The notes below the pieces were generated by a model. That model was not told where the DNA came from. It ran no database searches and saw only the letters and a list, made by a program, of their open reading frames with translations. Positions 7,869 through 16,962 of a DNA stretch of 52,979 nucleotides are shown here, piece by piece. Made by a program: the position numbers and the translations under genes. Origin of the DNA: a virus (taxonomy: Duplodnaviria > Caudoviricetes); IMG/VR virus record IMGVR_UViG_3300031364_000003, positions 1-52,979 of that record; one strand, 5' to 3'. Each line of letters opens with the position of its first letter. Within the stretch, counting starts at the first letter, position 1.

Positions 7869-8306
7869 ATGTCTCTTATATATGACTATAAAATAAAACC
7901 AAAACTTAATGAGATTGTAAAACTTAGAGCTCAATGTAAGTCTACAGCACATATAGCTAAATATTTAGATGTTGAGGAATATGAATTACAGCTAGAGATA
8001 CGAGATCAAACTGATCTTTATAATGCATGGTATAAAGGTGAGGCATATTTAATAGAAGAGATAGAGAAAGCTTTATATCGTGCTGCTATAGGTCATGAAG
8101 TCCAGGAGAGGGAGACTATAGAAACTACAGATGATGAAGGTAAAGTTACTAGGACAACTAAGACAAAGACTAAATTTGTACAGTCTGTTCCTGCTGCAAT
8201 AAAGGCTCTAGAAACTATACATGCCCAAAGATGGGCTAATGCTGGAAGAGCTAATAATGAGATAGAAATTATATTACCTAAAGAACTAATAGAATATGCT
8301 GAATAG
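7869..8306 (+). CDS. Probable terminase small subunit
   Basis: N-terminal HTH; IEKALYRAAIG...E motif; position upstream of TerL. Confidence 0.75.
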   Translation: MSLIYDYKIKPKLNEIVKLRAQCKSTAHIAKYLDVEEYELQLEIRDQTDLYNAWYKGEAYLIEEIEKALYRAAIGHEVQERETIETTDDEGKVTRTTKTKTKFVQSVPAAIKALETIHAQRWANAGRANNEIEIILPKELIEYAE

Positions 8307-8536
8307 ATATTTGACAAATAACTATTAGAATGATAATATTAAATTGTCTAATAAATCAAAGTATATTTTTATTTATCCTTTTTTCTATCTTCGGCCTTCG
8401 GGCCTTTTTAATTTTCTGGAAAAAAAGTGCCTCTAGATTATGAGGCTAATTAATAGTATAATGGTTATTTATATTATACACCTTCTCGACATTTTTTGCA
8501 ATATGTTATATAATGGTAATATAGGGGGATATTGCC

Positions 8537-9907
8537 ATGAAGGTTGCAATGGACTTTAGCCAAACTAGTAATAAACAGGTTTTGTTCTTTAAAGCACATA
8601 GCAAATACATTGCCTATGGAGGCGCTAGGGGCGGTGGTAAGTCATGGGCTGCAAGGATGAAGGCTGTTTTATTATGCTTTAGATATAATAATCTACGAGT
8701 CTTATTACTAAGACGTACATTCCCAGAATTAGAGGCTAACCATATAATGCCTCTACAGATCATATTAAAAGATGCAGCTCATTATGTAGTTTCTAAAAAG
8801 AAGTTCATATTTCCAAATGGTTCATTTATCCAGCTAGGCTATTGCAAAAATGAATATGATTCTATCCAGTACCAGGGCCATGAGTATGATGTCATCATAT
8901 TTGAAGAGGCCACATTATTCTTAGAGTCTCAGCTTATCTTTATATCTACATGTCTGAGAACTACGAGGCCTGATTTTGTTCCAAGGATATATTATACATG
9001 TAATCCTGGTGGCCCATCACATCATTACATCAAGCGGCTGTTCATTGATAAAGCGTACGAAGGTACTGAGAATCCTGATGAATACACTTTTATTCCTGCA
9101 TCCATATATGACAATAGGGCTTTACTTGATAATGACCCTACGTATATTACAGTTCTGGATAATCTTCCGGATGAACTTAGAAAAGCACATAGAGACGGTG
9201 ACTGGGATGCTTTATCTGGGCAATATTTCCGAGAATTCAGAAGAAGTTCACATGTTATCGAGCCTTTTGATATTCCTAAAGGCTGGACACGCTATGTTAC
9301 TTTAGACTATGGCCTTGATATGACTGCGGCTTATTGGATTGCTGTCGATTATGAAGGATATTGCTATTGTTATAAAGAGCTATATGAAAAAGACCTTATA
9401 GTCTCGGATGCTGCGGCCAAATTATCTGAGATTTCTAAAGGTGAAAATATAAAGTATTACTATATGCCTCCTGATATAAGGACAAGGAAACAGGATACTG
9501 GTAAATCAGGATTGCAATTATTTGCAGAAAATGGTATAATAGGTATAATAACAACGAATGACAGGGAATCTGGTTGGTTATGCCTCAAGGAGCTCCTTAA
9601 GCCTTGGGGAAGTCAATTGGTTCCGAGATTACGGTTCTTTAACACATGTAGAAATATAATAAAATGCTTGCCTATGGTTCAAAGGGATATGAAGAATCCA
9701 AATGATATCTCTAAAGAGCCACATGATTTGACACATGGCCCGGATTCTCTGAGGTACTTTGCTAGTACCTGGATAAAGAAGCCGGAGCATGATGTTGACC
9801 TAACATTATCAGGAACCTATTACATAGGTGAATTGCTGATGAAAGGTTATTCTAAAACTGTTATAAAGCGTATGGCTTTAAGCGGTAAAATTAGTATAAT
9901 TGGTTAA
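8537..9907 (+). CDS. terL: Terminase large subunit
   Basis: Walker A GGARGGGKS; Walker B IIFEEA; TCNPGG; nuclease motifs LDYG and HGPDSLRY. Confidence 0.95.
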   Translation: MKVAMDFSQTSNKQVLFFKAHSKYIAYGGARGGGKSWAARMKAVLLCFRYNNLRVLLLRRTFPELEANHIMPLQIILKDAAHYVVSKKKFIFPNGSFIQLGYCKNEYDSIQYQGHEYDVIIFEEATLFLESQLIFISTCLRTTRPDFVPRIYYTCNPGGPSHHYIKRLFIDKAYEGTENPDEYTFIPASIYDNRALLDNDPTYITVLDNLPDELRKAHRDGDWDALSGQYFREFRRSSHVIEPFDIPKGWTRYVTLDYGLDMTAAYWIAVDYEGYCYCYKELYEKDLIVSDAAAKLSEISKGENIKYYYMPPDIRTRKQDTGKSGLQLFAENGIIGIITTNDRESGWLCLKELLKPWGSQLVPRLRFFNTCRNIIKCLPMVQRDMKNPNDISKEPHDLTHGPDSLRYFASTWIKKPEHDVDLTLSGTYYIGELLMKGYSKTVIKRMALSGKISIIG

Positions 9908-9928
9908 TAAGAATAAAGGAGAGTTCTT

Positions 9929-10819
9929 ATGAAACCAAGTATCTATTTTCTTGATGAACCTGTCGGTTCTGTAAAATCCGAATTTCTAAAACTATGTACA
10001 GAAGTTCCAACACCTAAGAATGCATCAGTTATATATACACACAGAACACAAATTCCAGAAGGCTGTGAGCCTAAGCTGGTTATATGTCCATGTACATCTA
10101 CTAAACATCTAAGCTACAATGGTCCTGTAATCTATCTAAATGACAAAGCCTATCTAAAAGAGCATGTACATTCTACTGCTGAATTTACTATTTGTGCAAT
10201 GCTAAGTATCTTAAGAGTAAATGAAGACGAACTCTATCACACACGTGTAGGGCTTATTGGTGGTGCTGGAAGAGTAGGGCAACAAGTATGTGAAAAGCTT
10301 TATGGGCTGACTAAAGTTGTACCTATGATCTATGATCTCAACACAGTACCAGAATCGCTAAAGGGAAAGTGTGTTCAAACTAATTGGCGGTCTGAACTTT
10401 ACGAAGAATGTGACCTTATAAGCATTCATTTATCTGAATCAGAACTAACAAAAAACTTCATAAATCTATTTGACTTTAACCTTATGAAAAAACATGGGGT
10501 TAAATATCTAATCAACACATCAAGAAGCTCAGTTATAGAACCTAAAGCTCTTTTAGATTCTATAGCAGACTTTAACCATGTGTTTCTTGATGTTACGGAA
10601 GATTATCCAGAAGATATTGTAGATAGTCTTAAGCTAATACAGGAGATAACACAAGGAACTAGAGTTCTAATTACACCTCATGCTGCTGGATCTGCTAAGC
10701 CATCTAGGTTGGCTACAGACACTTATGTCCTGAATAAATTTAAGGATTGGTTTGATAAAGAGAGTTTTAAAGATAGCTTGGACAAATATCAATTACCTAG
10801 AGATTGGATGTGGATATGA
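9929..10819 (+). CDS. D-isomer-specific 2-hydroxyacid dehydrogenase-like protein
   Basis: STAEF, Rossmann VGLIGGAGRVG, INTSR, LDV, ITPHAAG. Confidence 0.85.
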   Translation: MKPSIYFLDEPVGSVKSEFLKLCTEVPTPKNASVIYTHRTQIPEGCEPKLVICPCTSTKHLSYNGPVIYLNDKAYLKEHVHSTAEFTICAMLSILRVNEDELYHTRVGLIGGAGRVGQQVCEKLYGLTKVVPMIYDLNTVPESLKGKCVQTNWRSELYEECDLISIHLSESELTKNFINLFDFNLMKKHGVKYLINTSRSSVIEPKALLDSIADFNHVFLDVTEDYPEDIVDSLKLIQEITQGTRVLITPHAAGSAKPSRLATDTYVLNKFKDWFDKESFKDSLDKYQLPRDWMWI

Positions 10820-11037
10820 TGCTAGATAGATGGGCTAAACCTGTAGAAGATGTACCTCCTCAAAATTCTAAATATATGAAACTTAAGATTTTTAGACTTG
10901 ATGAATATCCACAGCCTGATAATGCTGTAAATGAGTTTATTATAGACCTACAGAAACGGGGTATTCCCAACCAAATGACTACTCTAGAGACTGTAATCTA
11001 TGTACTCTATGAATGTTCAGGCGGTGATTCAAATTGA
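10804..11037 (+). CDS. Hypothetical protein
   Basis: Overlaps both neighbours in the operon. Confidence 0.6.
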   Translation: MDVDMMLDRWAKPVEDVPPQNSKYMKLKIFRLDEYPQPDNAVNEFIIDLQKRGIPNQMTTLETVIYVLYECSGGDSN

Positions 11038-11786
11038 CAAAGATAATTCTAGATGCCTGCAACAACCATCTAGGTAACCATGACATACTAGTTGCTATGA
11101 TTAAAGAGGCTAAAAGGCTTAAGGCCGACTATATTAAGTTCCAGTTATTTAACCATGAGAGACTAAGTAGTCTATACCCTAACTATTCTGAGTATAAGAA
11201 AGAACTTGAGAAATGCCAGATAGATAGATCAAAACTAGGCTGTATATTTAATACATGCCAGAGTGTAGGTATAACGCCTATGTTTACTATATTCAGTAGT
11301 GATAGGGTAACTTTTTTGGAGAAATATGCTAAGGATAATGGGATAAAGCAGTATGCAGTAAAGATAGCTTCTAGCGATATGAGTAACTATGTACTTGTTC
11401 AAGAGGTGCTTGATACTTTTGATACTGAACGCTTTATCTCTTGCGGGATGCATACTAAACAGGAAATAGCTGCTGTGAGAAAGCACTATAGCAACCTTGG
11501 CATAAACTGGTTATACTGTGTATCTATGTATCCAACACCTAAAGAGTATATAGACTTAAATGAGATGGTTCTGTTTGATGGGTTCTCAGATCATACGAAT
11601 ACTACAGATATGGCTCTAAAAGCTTTATCGCTTGGTATCCAATTTCTTGAGATGCATTTTACACTTGGTAGATCGCTGCCATGTAAGGACTCTATAGTAT
11701 CTAAAGTGCCTAGTGAGATAGAAAAAATTGTACATTATAGAGACTATCTAGCTTCTATAGATAATTATAAACACAGATTCTTATGA
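11034..11786 (+). CDS. neuB: N-acetylneuraminate (nonulosonate) synthase, lacking the C-terminal SAF domain
   Basis: NHLG, IKFQ, KIASSD, CVSMYPTP, GFSDHT, EMHFTL. Confidence 0.92.
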   Translation: MTKIILDACNNHLGNHDILVAMIKEAKRLKADYIKFQLFNHERLSSLYPNYSEYKKELEKCQIDRSKLGCIFNTCQSVGITPMFTIFSSDRVTFLEKYAKDNGIKQYAVKIASSDMSNYVLVQEVLDTFDTERFISCGMHTKQEIAAVRKHYSNLGINWLYCVSMYPTPKEYIDLNEMVLFDGFSDHTNTTDMALKALSLGIQFLEMHFTLGRSLPCKDSIVSKVPSEIEKIVHYRDYLASIDNYKHRFL

Positions 11787-11790
11787 AAGG

Positions 11791-12927
11791 ATGATAAAAA
11801 TGAGTAACGAAGGGAGAGCGACTGGCTTCCCCAAGACACAGTCGCTGAAAAATATAAAGAAAAATAATAAAGTTTGCATAATTGGTTTTGCTCCCAGTTG
11901 GAACCTGGCCCCATTTAAAGACATAGAGGGAGTCGATTTCTGGGGGATAAATGAATTATACATTTATCTAAACCAAATCCAGGTTCCAATTAATAAATTT
12001 TCTGCCTGGTTCGAAATCCATGATATCAAAAATTCGCCAAGTAAGCAAGCCCCTAGACACCAAAATTTTCTAAAAACTTTAGAAATTCCATTAATAACAC
12101 AGCAGTATTGGCCTGAATATCCTACTTCTATAGAATATCCAAGGAAAGAAATAAAAAAGATGACAAATAGAAATTTTATTCTTGATGAAAACCATTCTGG
12201 CTTTTCTGACTATTCAAATCAAATTTCGTGGATGATTGCTCTGGCAATATATCTAAAATATAAAGAAATAATGGTATATGGTGTAGATATGGCCCAGACT
12301 TCTGAATATGCTTTCCAGAGAGCTTCATGTCAATTTTTCATAGGTCTTGCTGCTGGTAAAGGTATAAAGCTTAAGATACCTAAATCATGTGAGCTTTTAA
12401 AGGCTGGATGTGACTATGGATTCCAGTCGGATAATTCAGGTAGATTTGATGCTAAGAAGCGTATAGAAGGCCATAACCAGGCACTACAGCAACTTAGGAT
12501 AAAGCAGGCTGAAATAAAATATTATCAGCATAGATTAGATGAAGAGCTTATCAAAAAATTAGCAGTTCTGGATGCTCAGATTGATGAAGCTGAAAATGAA
12601 ATAAGAAGAATAGAAGCTGGGAATCTTGCTAACAATAGTGTCCTGGACTTCTTAAAATCCATGCCTACAAATCCACAAGAAGCATATGGGAAAAGGGATT
12701 CTATAGTTAAGCAGACTCAAACATTATTTGACACTAATGTCAATAATATTAAGGCTATAAAATCTAGAGTCATAGAGCTTAAGAAGAAAAAAGATAATGT
12801 CCTTAAGGATACAGCTATAAATAAGACACTCCTGGACGACGAGTATGACATAAACAAAGGTGGGGCACATGAACTAAAAGGCCACATCAAGGCTCATGAA
12901 CATAGTCTAAATAACAATCTGGTGTAG
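11791..12927 (+). CDS. Candidate nonulosonate transferase (Maf/CstII-like Rossmannoid domain) with coiled-coil C-terminus
   Basis: KVCIIGFAPS..WGINE..MIALAIYLKYKEIMVYGVDM parallels the IxxxGPS/xN/GxD motifs of GT42 and Maf proteins; sits between neuB and neuC. Confidence 0.6.
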   Translation: MIKMSNEGRATGFPKTQSLKNIKKNNKVCIIGFAPSWNLAPFKDIEGVDFWGINELYIYLNQIQVPINKFSAWFEIHDIKNSPSKQAPRHQNFLKTLEIPLITQQYWPEYPTSIEYPRKEIKKMTNRNFILDENHSGFSDYSNQISWMIALAIYLKYKEIMVYGVDMAQTSEYAFQRASCQFFIGLAAGKGIKLKIPKSCELLKAGCDYGFQSDNSGRFDAKKRIEGHNQALQQLRIKQAEIKYYQHRLDEELIKKLAVLDAQIDEAENEIRRIEAGNLANNSVLDFLKSMPTNPQEAYGKRDSIVKQTQTLFDTNVNNIKAIKSRVIELKKKKDNVLKDTAINKTLLDDEYDINKGGAHELKGHIKAHEHSLNNNLV

Positions 12928-12938
12928 GGGGTGTATTT

Positions 12939-13154
12939 ATGATTGTTTACAAGATAGCTGATAAGAATGGTAATTTTATAAAAACTTTCAGCAAAAGGAA
13001 AATATGGACAAAGCTAAATTGGCTAAAAACTGCTATAAACTATCGCCGGAAATATTCAGGTAATCCAGAACTTGAAGATGCTACAGTCATTATATATGAA
13101 CTAAAAGAGATAGCTAGAAAGTCAGTTAAAGATTATATGAAGGAGGGGTTCTAA
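12939..13154 (+). CDS. Hypothetical protein
   Basis: GGGGG SD. Confidence 0.7.
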   Translation: MIVYKIADKNGNFIKTFSKRKIWTKLNWLKTAINYRRKYSGNPELEDATVIIYELKEIARKSVKDYMKEGF

Positions 13155-14216
13155 ATGGACGAGAAAGCTCCTACAATCGATATCCTGGAAGAATTTGATG
13201 ATGAAGAATTCCAAAAAAAAAGAATACTTATATGGGTCGGAGGAAGGGCAAACTATGGCAGGCTAAAGATGCTAATAGATACGCTTTCTCAGGTACATAC
13301 TGTAGAGCTTATTATAGGTGATTATGAGGTTCCGAATTACTATGTCATAGCTGGCAGAGTACCTAATTTGATGTATTCTGATAGCTTCTCTAATTCTGCA
13401 AGGTCTGTATCGCTTGTTATACAAGGTGTAACCACAATCTTAGAATCTAGAGGCTCTTATGACTTAGCTATTGTACATGCTGATAGATTCGAGAACCTTG
13501 GTTTTGCAATAGCTTGTAGTTACTGTGGTATACCGCTTCTTCATACAGAAGGTGGTGAAGAATCTGGGCAGATAGATAACAAGGTTAGAAATGCTATAAC
13601 TTCTCTAGCTGATTATCACTGTGCAGCTACAGAGTTGGCATACAAGAAACTGATATGCAGAGGCTGTAATGCTATATTTGCAGGTAGCCCAGCTATAGAC
13701 TATATAAGGGAAATAGGCTATAGAACATGTAAAAGAGACTATGTACTTGCTGTATTTAATCCATCTGATACAGATGATTATACAGAATTCATAGCTGCTA
13801 TATCAAATATATCTGAGGTTTCACCTGTATTCTGGATACCTCCTGCTAATGACCCAGGTTGGAGAGAGATTGCTAAAGATTTATATAGACTTAATAATAT
13901 ATTTCTTATGGATAAGCTAACTCCTTATGAATATTACGATCTGTTATCCAGAGCTAGAGTTCTTGTGGGCAATACAAGCTCAGGCATTAAGGAAGGCTGT
14001 TATCTTGGTATTCCATATGTCTTAGTAGGCGATAGACAGATAGGGCGTGAAGTTGGGCCTAATGTTACCAAGGTTCCATGTAAGCATAGAGATATATTTA
14101 ATGCTGTAGAAGATATACAGAATGGCTGTAGATATGAGTACAATGGGATGTTTGGCGATGGGCACTCATGTGAAAAGATTCTTAAGTATATAGACAGCGA
14201 GGTGTTTGGGGGATGA
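13155..14216 (+). CDS. neuC: UDP-N-acetylglucosamine 2-epimerase (hydrolysing)
   Basis: GRANYG, HADRFE, HTEGGE.SG.ID..VR.AIT, GNTSSGIKE, VGDRQ.GRE, FGDG. Confidence 0.92.
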   Translation: MDEKAPTIDILEEFDDEEFQKKRILIWVGGRANYGRLKMLIDTLSQVHTVELIIGDYEVPNYYVIAGRVPNLMYSDSFSNSARSVSLVIQGVTTILESRGSYDLAIVHADRFENLGFAIACSYCGIPLLHTEGGEESGQIDNKVRNAITSLADYHCAATELAYKKLICRGCNAIFAGSPAIDYIREIGYRTCKRDYVLAVFNPSDTDDYTEFIAAISNISEVSPVFWIPPANDPGWREIAKDLYRLNNIFLMDKLTPYEYYDLLSRARVLVGNTSSGIKEGCYLGIPYVLVGDRQIGREVGPNVTKVPCKHRDIFNAVEDIQNGCRYEYNGMFGDGHSCEKILKYIDSEVFGG

Positions 14217-15403
14217 AAGAATTTTATAAATGTAAAATATGTAAAGCAATTATTTCAATGGAATTTGATTATTATGAAGAGTGTGATTTATGTGGAAAAA
14301 TAATATGTGAAAAATGCTTTGTCTATGGAAATGGTACTCAATATTGTCTTAAATGTTATGAAAAAAATATTAAAACTAAAAATGAAATAGTAAAAATAAA
14401 TAATAATTTACCTGCTAAATTAGAAGATTTGTCAAAATTTATATTGGTAGGTAAAGAAAAATTAGTTAGTGTTAAGGCTGAAATAAGAGCAATGAAACAC
14501 TTAAAAACAGCCAAAGAAGTTTACAAGCAAAAAGAAATTGAAGCGAAGGGTCTCGGAGGTGCGTTGCTATTGGCTAAAGTTCGCATTGGTGAGTTGTTTG
14601 ATGATATTCCTAAAGGAAGTGGTGGCGACAGAAAAAATGATATTATCAAAATCGACAGCGCTGTCGATTTTGATAATAAGCAAACAAAGCAAGAAAAAGT
14701 TAAAGACCTAGGATTTAGCCAAAAGGAATCAGAGAGATTTCAGCAGCTAGCAGCCAATAAAGATATAGTCGAGGAAGTAATTGAAAACAGCGAAGACATA
14801 CCAACTCAGACAGAATGCCTTAAGAAAATACAAGAAAAGAAAAAAGAACAAAGGAACAAAGAAAGACAGGAAACAATCAAGAATGTAAACCCCATCGAAG
14901 GAAAGTACAAAGTAATATATGCTGACCCTCCATGGAGTTATAACGATAAGCATGAATATAACGGAACTACAGGAGCAGAAACACATTACAATACAATGCA
15001 ATTAGATGATATATGCAATATGCCAATTAAAGATAAGACAGAAGATAATGCAGTTTTATTTCTATGGGGTGTTGTACCCCAGTTAGAGGAAGCTTTACAA
15101 GTGATAAAAGCTTGGGGATTTAAATATAAGACTCATTTTGTGTGGGATAAAGTTAAGCATAATATGGGGCATTATTCAAGTGTAAGACATGAATTATTGT
15201 TTGTTGCAACTAAAGGGAACTGCACACCTGAGAATATAAAATTGTTTGATAGTGTCCAGGTCATAGAGAAAAGTTCTAAACATAGTGAAAAACCTGAACA
15301 ATTCAGAGAAATAATTGATACATTGTACCCATCTGGGAACAGAATTGAATTATTTTCTAGAAAAAAAGTAAAAAATTGGGAAAGCTGGGGTGATGAAGTA
15401 TGA
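14213..15403 (+). CDS. MT-A70 family adenine methyltransferase with N-terminal zinc finger and GGDRK/HTH-like region
   Basis: IYADPPW, LFLW, WGFKYK, HSEKP, IELFSR, WGDE. Confidence 0.9.
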   Translation: MKEFYKCKICKAIISMEFDYYEECDLCGKIICEKCFVYGNGTQYCLKCYEKNIKTKNEIVKINNNLPAKLEDLSKFILVGKEKLVSVKAEIRAMKHLKTAKEVYKQKEIEAKGLGGALLLAKVRIGELFDDIPKGSGGDRKNDIIKIDSAVDFDNKQTKQEKVKDLGFSQKESERFQQLAANKDIVEEVIENSEDIPTQTECLKKIQEKKKEQRNKERQETIKNVNPIEGKYKVIYADPPWSYNDKHEYNGTTGAETHYNTMQLDDICNMPIKDKTEDNAVLFLWGVVPQLEEALQVIKAWGFKYKTHFVWDKVKHNMGHYSSVRHELLFVATKGNCTPENIKLFDSVQVIEKSSKHSEKPEQFREIIDTLYPSGNRIELFSRKKVKNWESWGDEV

Positions 15404-15858
15404 CTCCATATTATAAAGAAAAATTAAAAGAAGGTTTAGCTTACCAAGAATTTATAGAAAAAAAATCAGAAGAAAGAGGAATGTATTTGCATAATTATAC
15501 ATCAAGGATTAATCAATATGAAATAGGTGAAAATCCAGAAGGTATAGAGATTAAATTTGATGGGCTTTATTCTAAAACAGGTAATTTATTTATTGAGACT
15601 GCTGAGAAGACCAATCCTCAAAACAAGAGATATATGAAATCAGGTATTTTTAGAGGTGATAATTCAACATCATTACTTATTGGCAATTACGATATAGCCT
15701 ATGTTTTTGCAACTACTACATTAAGACAATTAGCTAAAAGTTCAAGAATTATCGAATCTAAAACAAAAACTAGCTTGGGTTTCTTGATTAAAAAAGATGA
15801 TATCTCAAAATATTGTACTGGAACTTGGAATTTTAGTATAAAGGAGATGATAGCATGA
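15400..15858 (+). CDS. PD-(D/E)XK-like protein coupled to the methyltransferase
   Basis: G..YQ, GIEIKFD, TGNLFIE; ATGA overlap. Confidence 0.55.
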   Translation: MTPYYKEKLKEGLAYQEFIEKKSEERGMYLHNYTSRINQYEIGENPEGIEIKFDGLYSKTGNLFIETAEKTNPQNKRYMKSGIFRGDNSTSLLIGNYDIAYVFATTTLRQLAKSSRIIESKTKTSLGFLIKKDDISKYCTGTWNFSIKEMIA

Positions 15859-16544
15859 TTTACGCAGTTATACCGTTTCGACAAGGGTCTAAGCGGCTAA
15901 AGAACAAGAGTATGCTAAATATATCTGGAATCCCTTTGGTTAGGCACACGATACAACAGGCCCTTTTAGCTACAGACAATATCATAGTAACTACAGATTA
16001 CCCTATCCCAGAGCTTTCTAAAAAAATACCTGAACTAGATAACCCAAATATAATGTGCCACAAGAGAAACCCTGTTCCAGATAACCAAACAGTAAATGAA
16101 TATATAACCCAATTAATAGCTGCATATGACATAAAGGAGGACGACTCCATATGTTTATTACAGCCTACATGCCCATGCAGAGAGCCTATGGATATAAGGA
16201 ATGCAATTACTATGTATTCTACATTGAGAGGAAGCTGTCTTATATCTGTGTATAAGATAGGTTCTGCTGGCAAACTATATAAGTCTAGAGATGGGAAGAA
16301 AGGCTCTTCATACACAGGTCTTACGGCAACATTTCAGCATGAGAAACCTTTGTACATAAGGAACTCAAGCATATATATATTTAAGGTTAGGCTGCTACTT
16401 ACCAGGAATACTATATTTGCTGAGGAAACTTTGTTATATGAAATGCCACTTCACAGGAGTATAGATATTGATACTAAAGGTGAGTTTGACTTAGCTAAAC
16501 TTATTATCGAAGGGGGGTTGTCTGGATGGTCGCCACATTTATAG
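15855..16544 (+). CDS. neuA: CMP-N-acetylneuraminate (acylneuraminate) cytidylyltransferase
   Basis: AVIPFRQGSKRLKNK, VTTD, LLQPTCP.R, N.SIY, SIDIDT. Confidence 0.92.
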   Translation: MIYAVIPFRQGSKRLKNKSMLNISGIPLVRHTIQQALLATDNIIVTTDYPIPELSKKIPELDNPNIMCHKRNPVPDNQTVNEYITQLIAAYDIKEDDSICLLQPTCPCREPMDIRNAITMYSTLRGSCLISVYKIGSAGKLYKSRDGKKGSSYTGLTATFQHEKPLYIRNSSIYIFKVRLLLTRNTIFAEETLLYEMPLHRSIDIDTKGEFDLAKLIIEGGLSGWSPHL

Positions 16545-16702
16545 TTGGCTTTATACTACTTGCTGAGGCTATATTTATTGTATTCTATGAGCTTAGCTGT
16601 AGGATTAGGGATTTGGAGAATAAGATAGATGTTCCTGAAAGGGAAGATAAGCTAAAGGACTATAGAAATGAGAGGGGCTTATTTACTAATAAGAAGAGGT
16701 GA
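16526..16702 (+). CDS. Small membrane protein, 58 aa (absent from the ORF track)
   Basis: MVATFIVGFILLAEAIFIVFYEL...; GGGGGG SD; fills the gap. Confidence 0.6.
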   Translation: MVATFIVGFILLAEAIFIVFYELSCRIRDLENKIDVPEREDKLKDYRNERGLFTNKKR

Positions 16703-16707
16703 TTTAG

Positions 16708-16962
16708 ATGGATAGGCTTAGGCAATTAAGATGTAAGCATTGTAATAGGTTGCTCTTGAACGAATTATCTGGGGGCCTTGGTTTCGACAATAGCACTAAT
16801 ATGCTAAGTCTTGTTCCTAAAGATGATGATATAGTTCTAGAAATTAGGTGCCCACGGTGTAAGAAGTACTATGTGCTTTTCCAGTTAGGAGGTGTTAGTT
16901 ACTATGAGCATGGCTACGAGCGAAGAGATCAAGAGATGGAGAGACCAAAAGGAATATACTAG
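16708..16962 (+). CDS. Com-like zinc-ribbon protein
   Basis: LRCKHCNRLL...EIRCPRCK. Confidence 0.7.
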   Translation: MDRLRQLRCKHCNRLLLNELSGGLGFDNSTNMLSLVPKDDDIVLEIRCPRCKKYYVLFQLGGVSYYEHGYERRDQEMERPKGIY

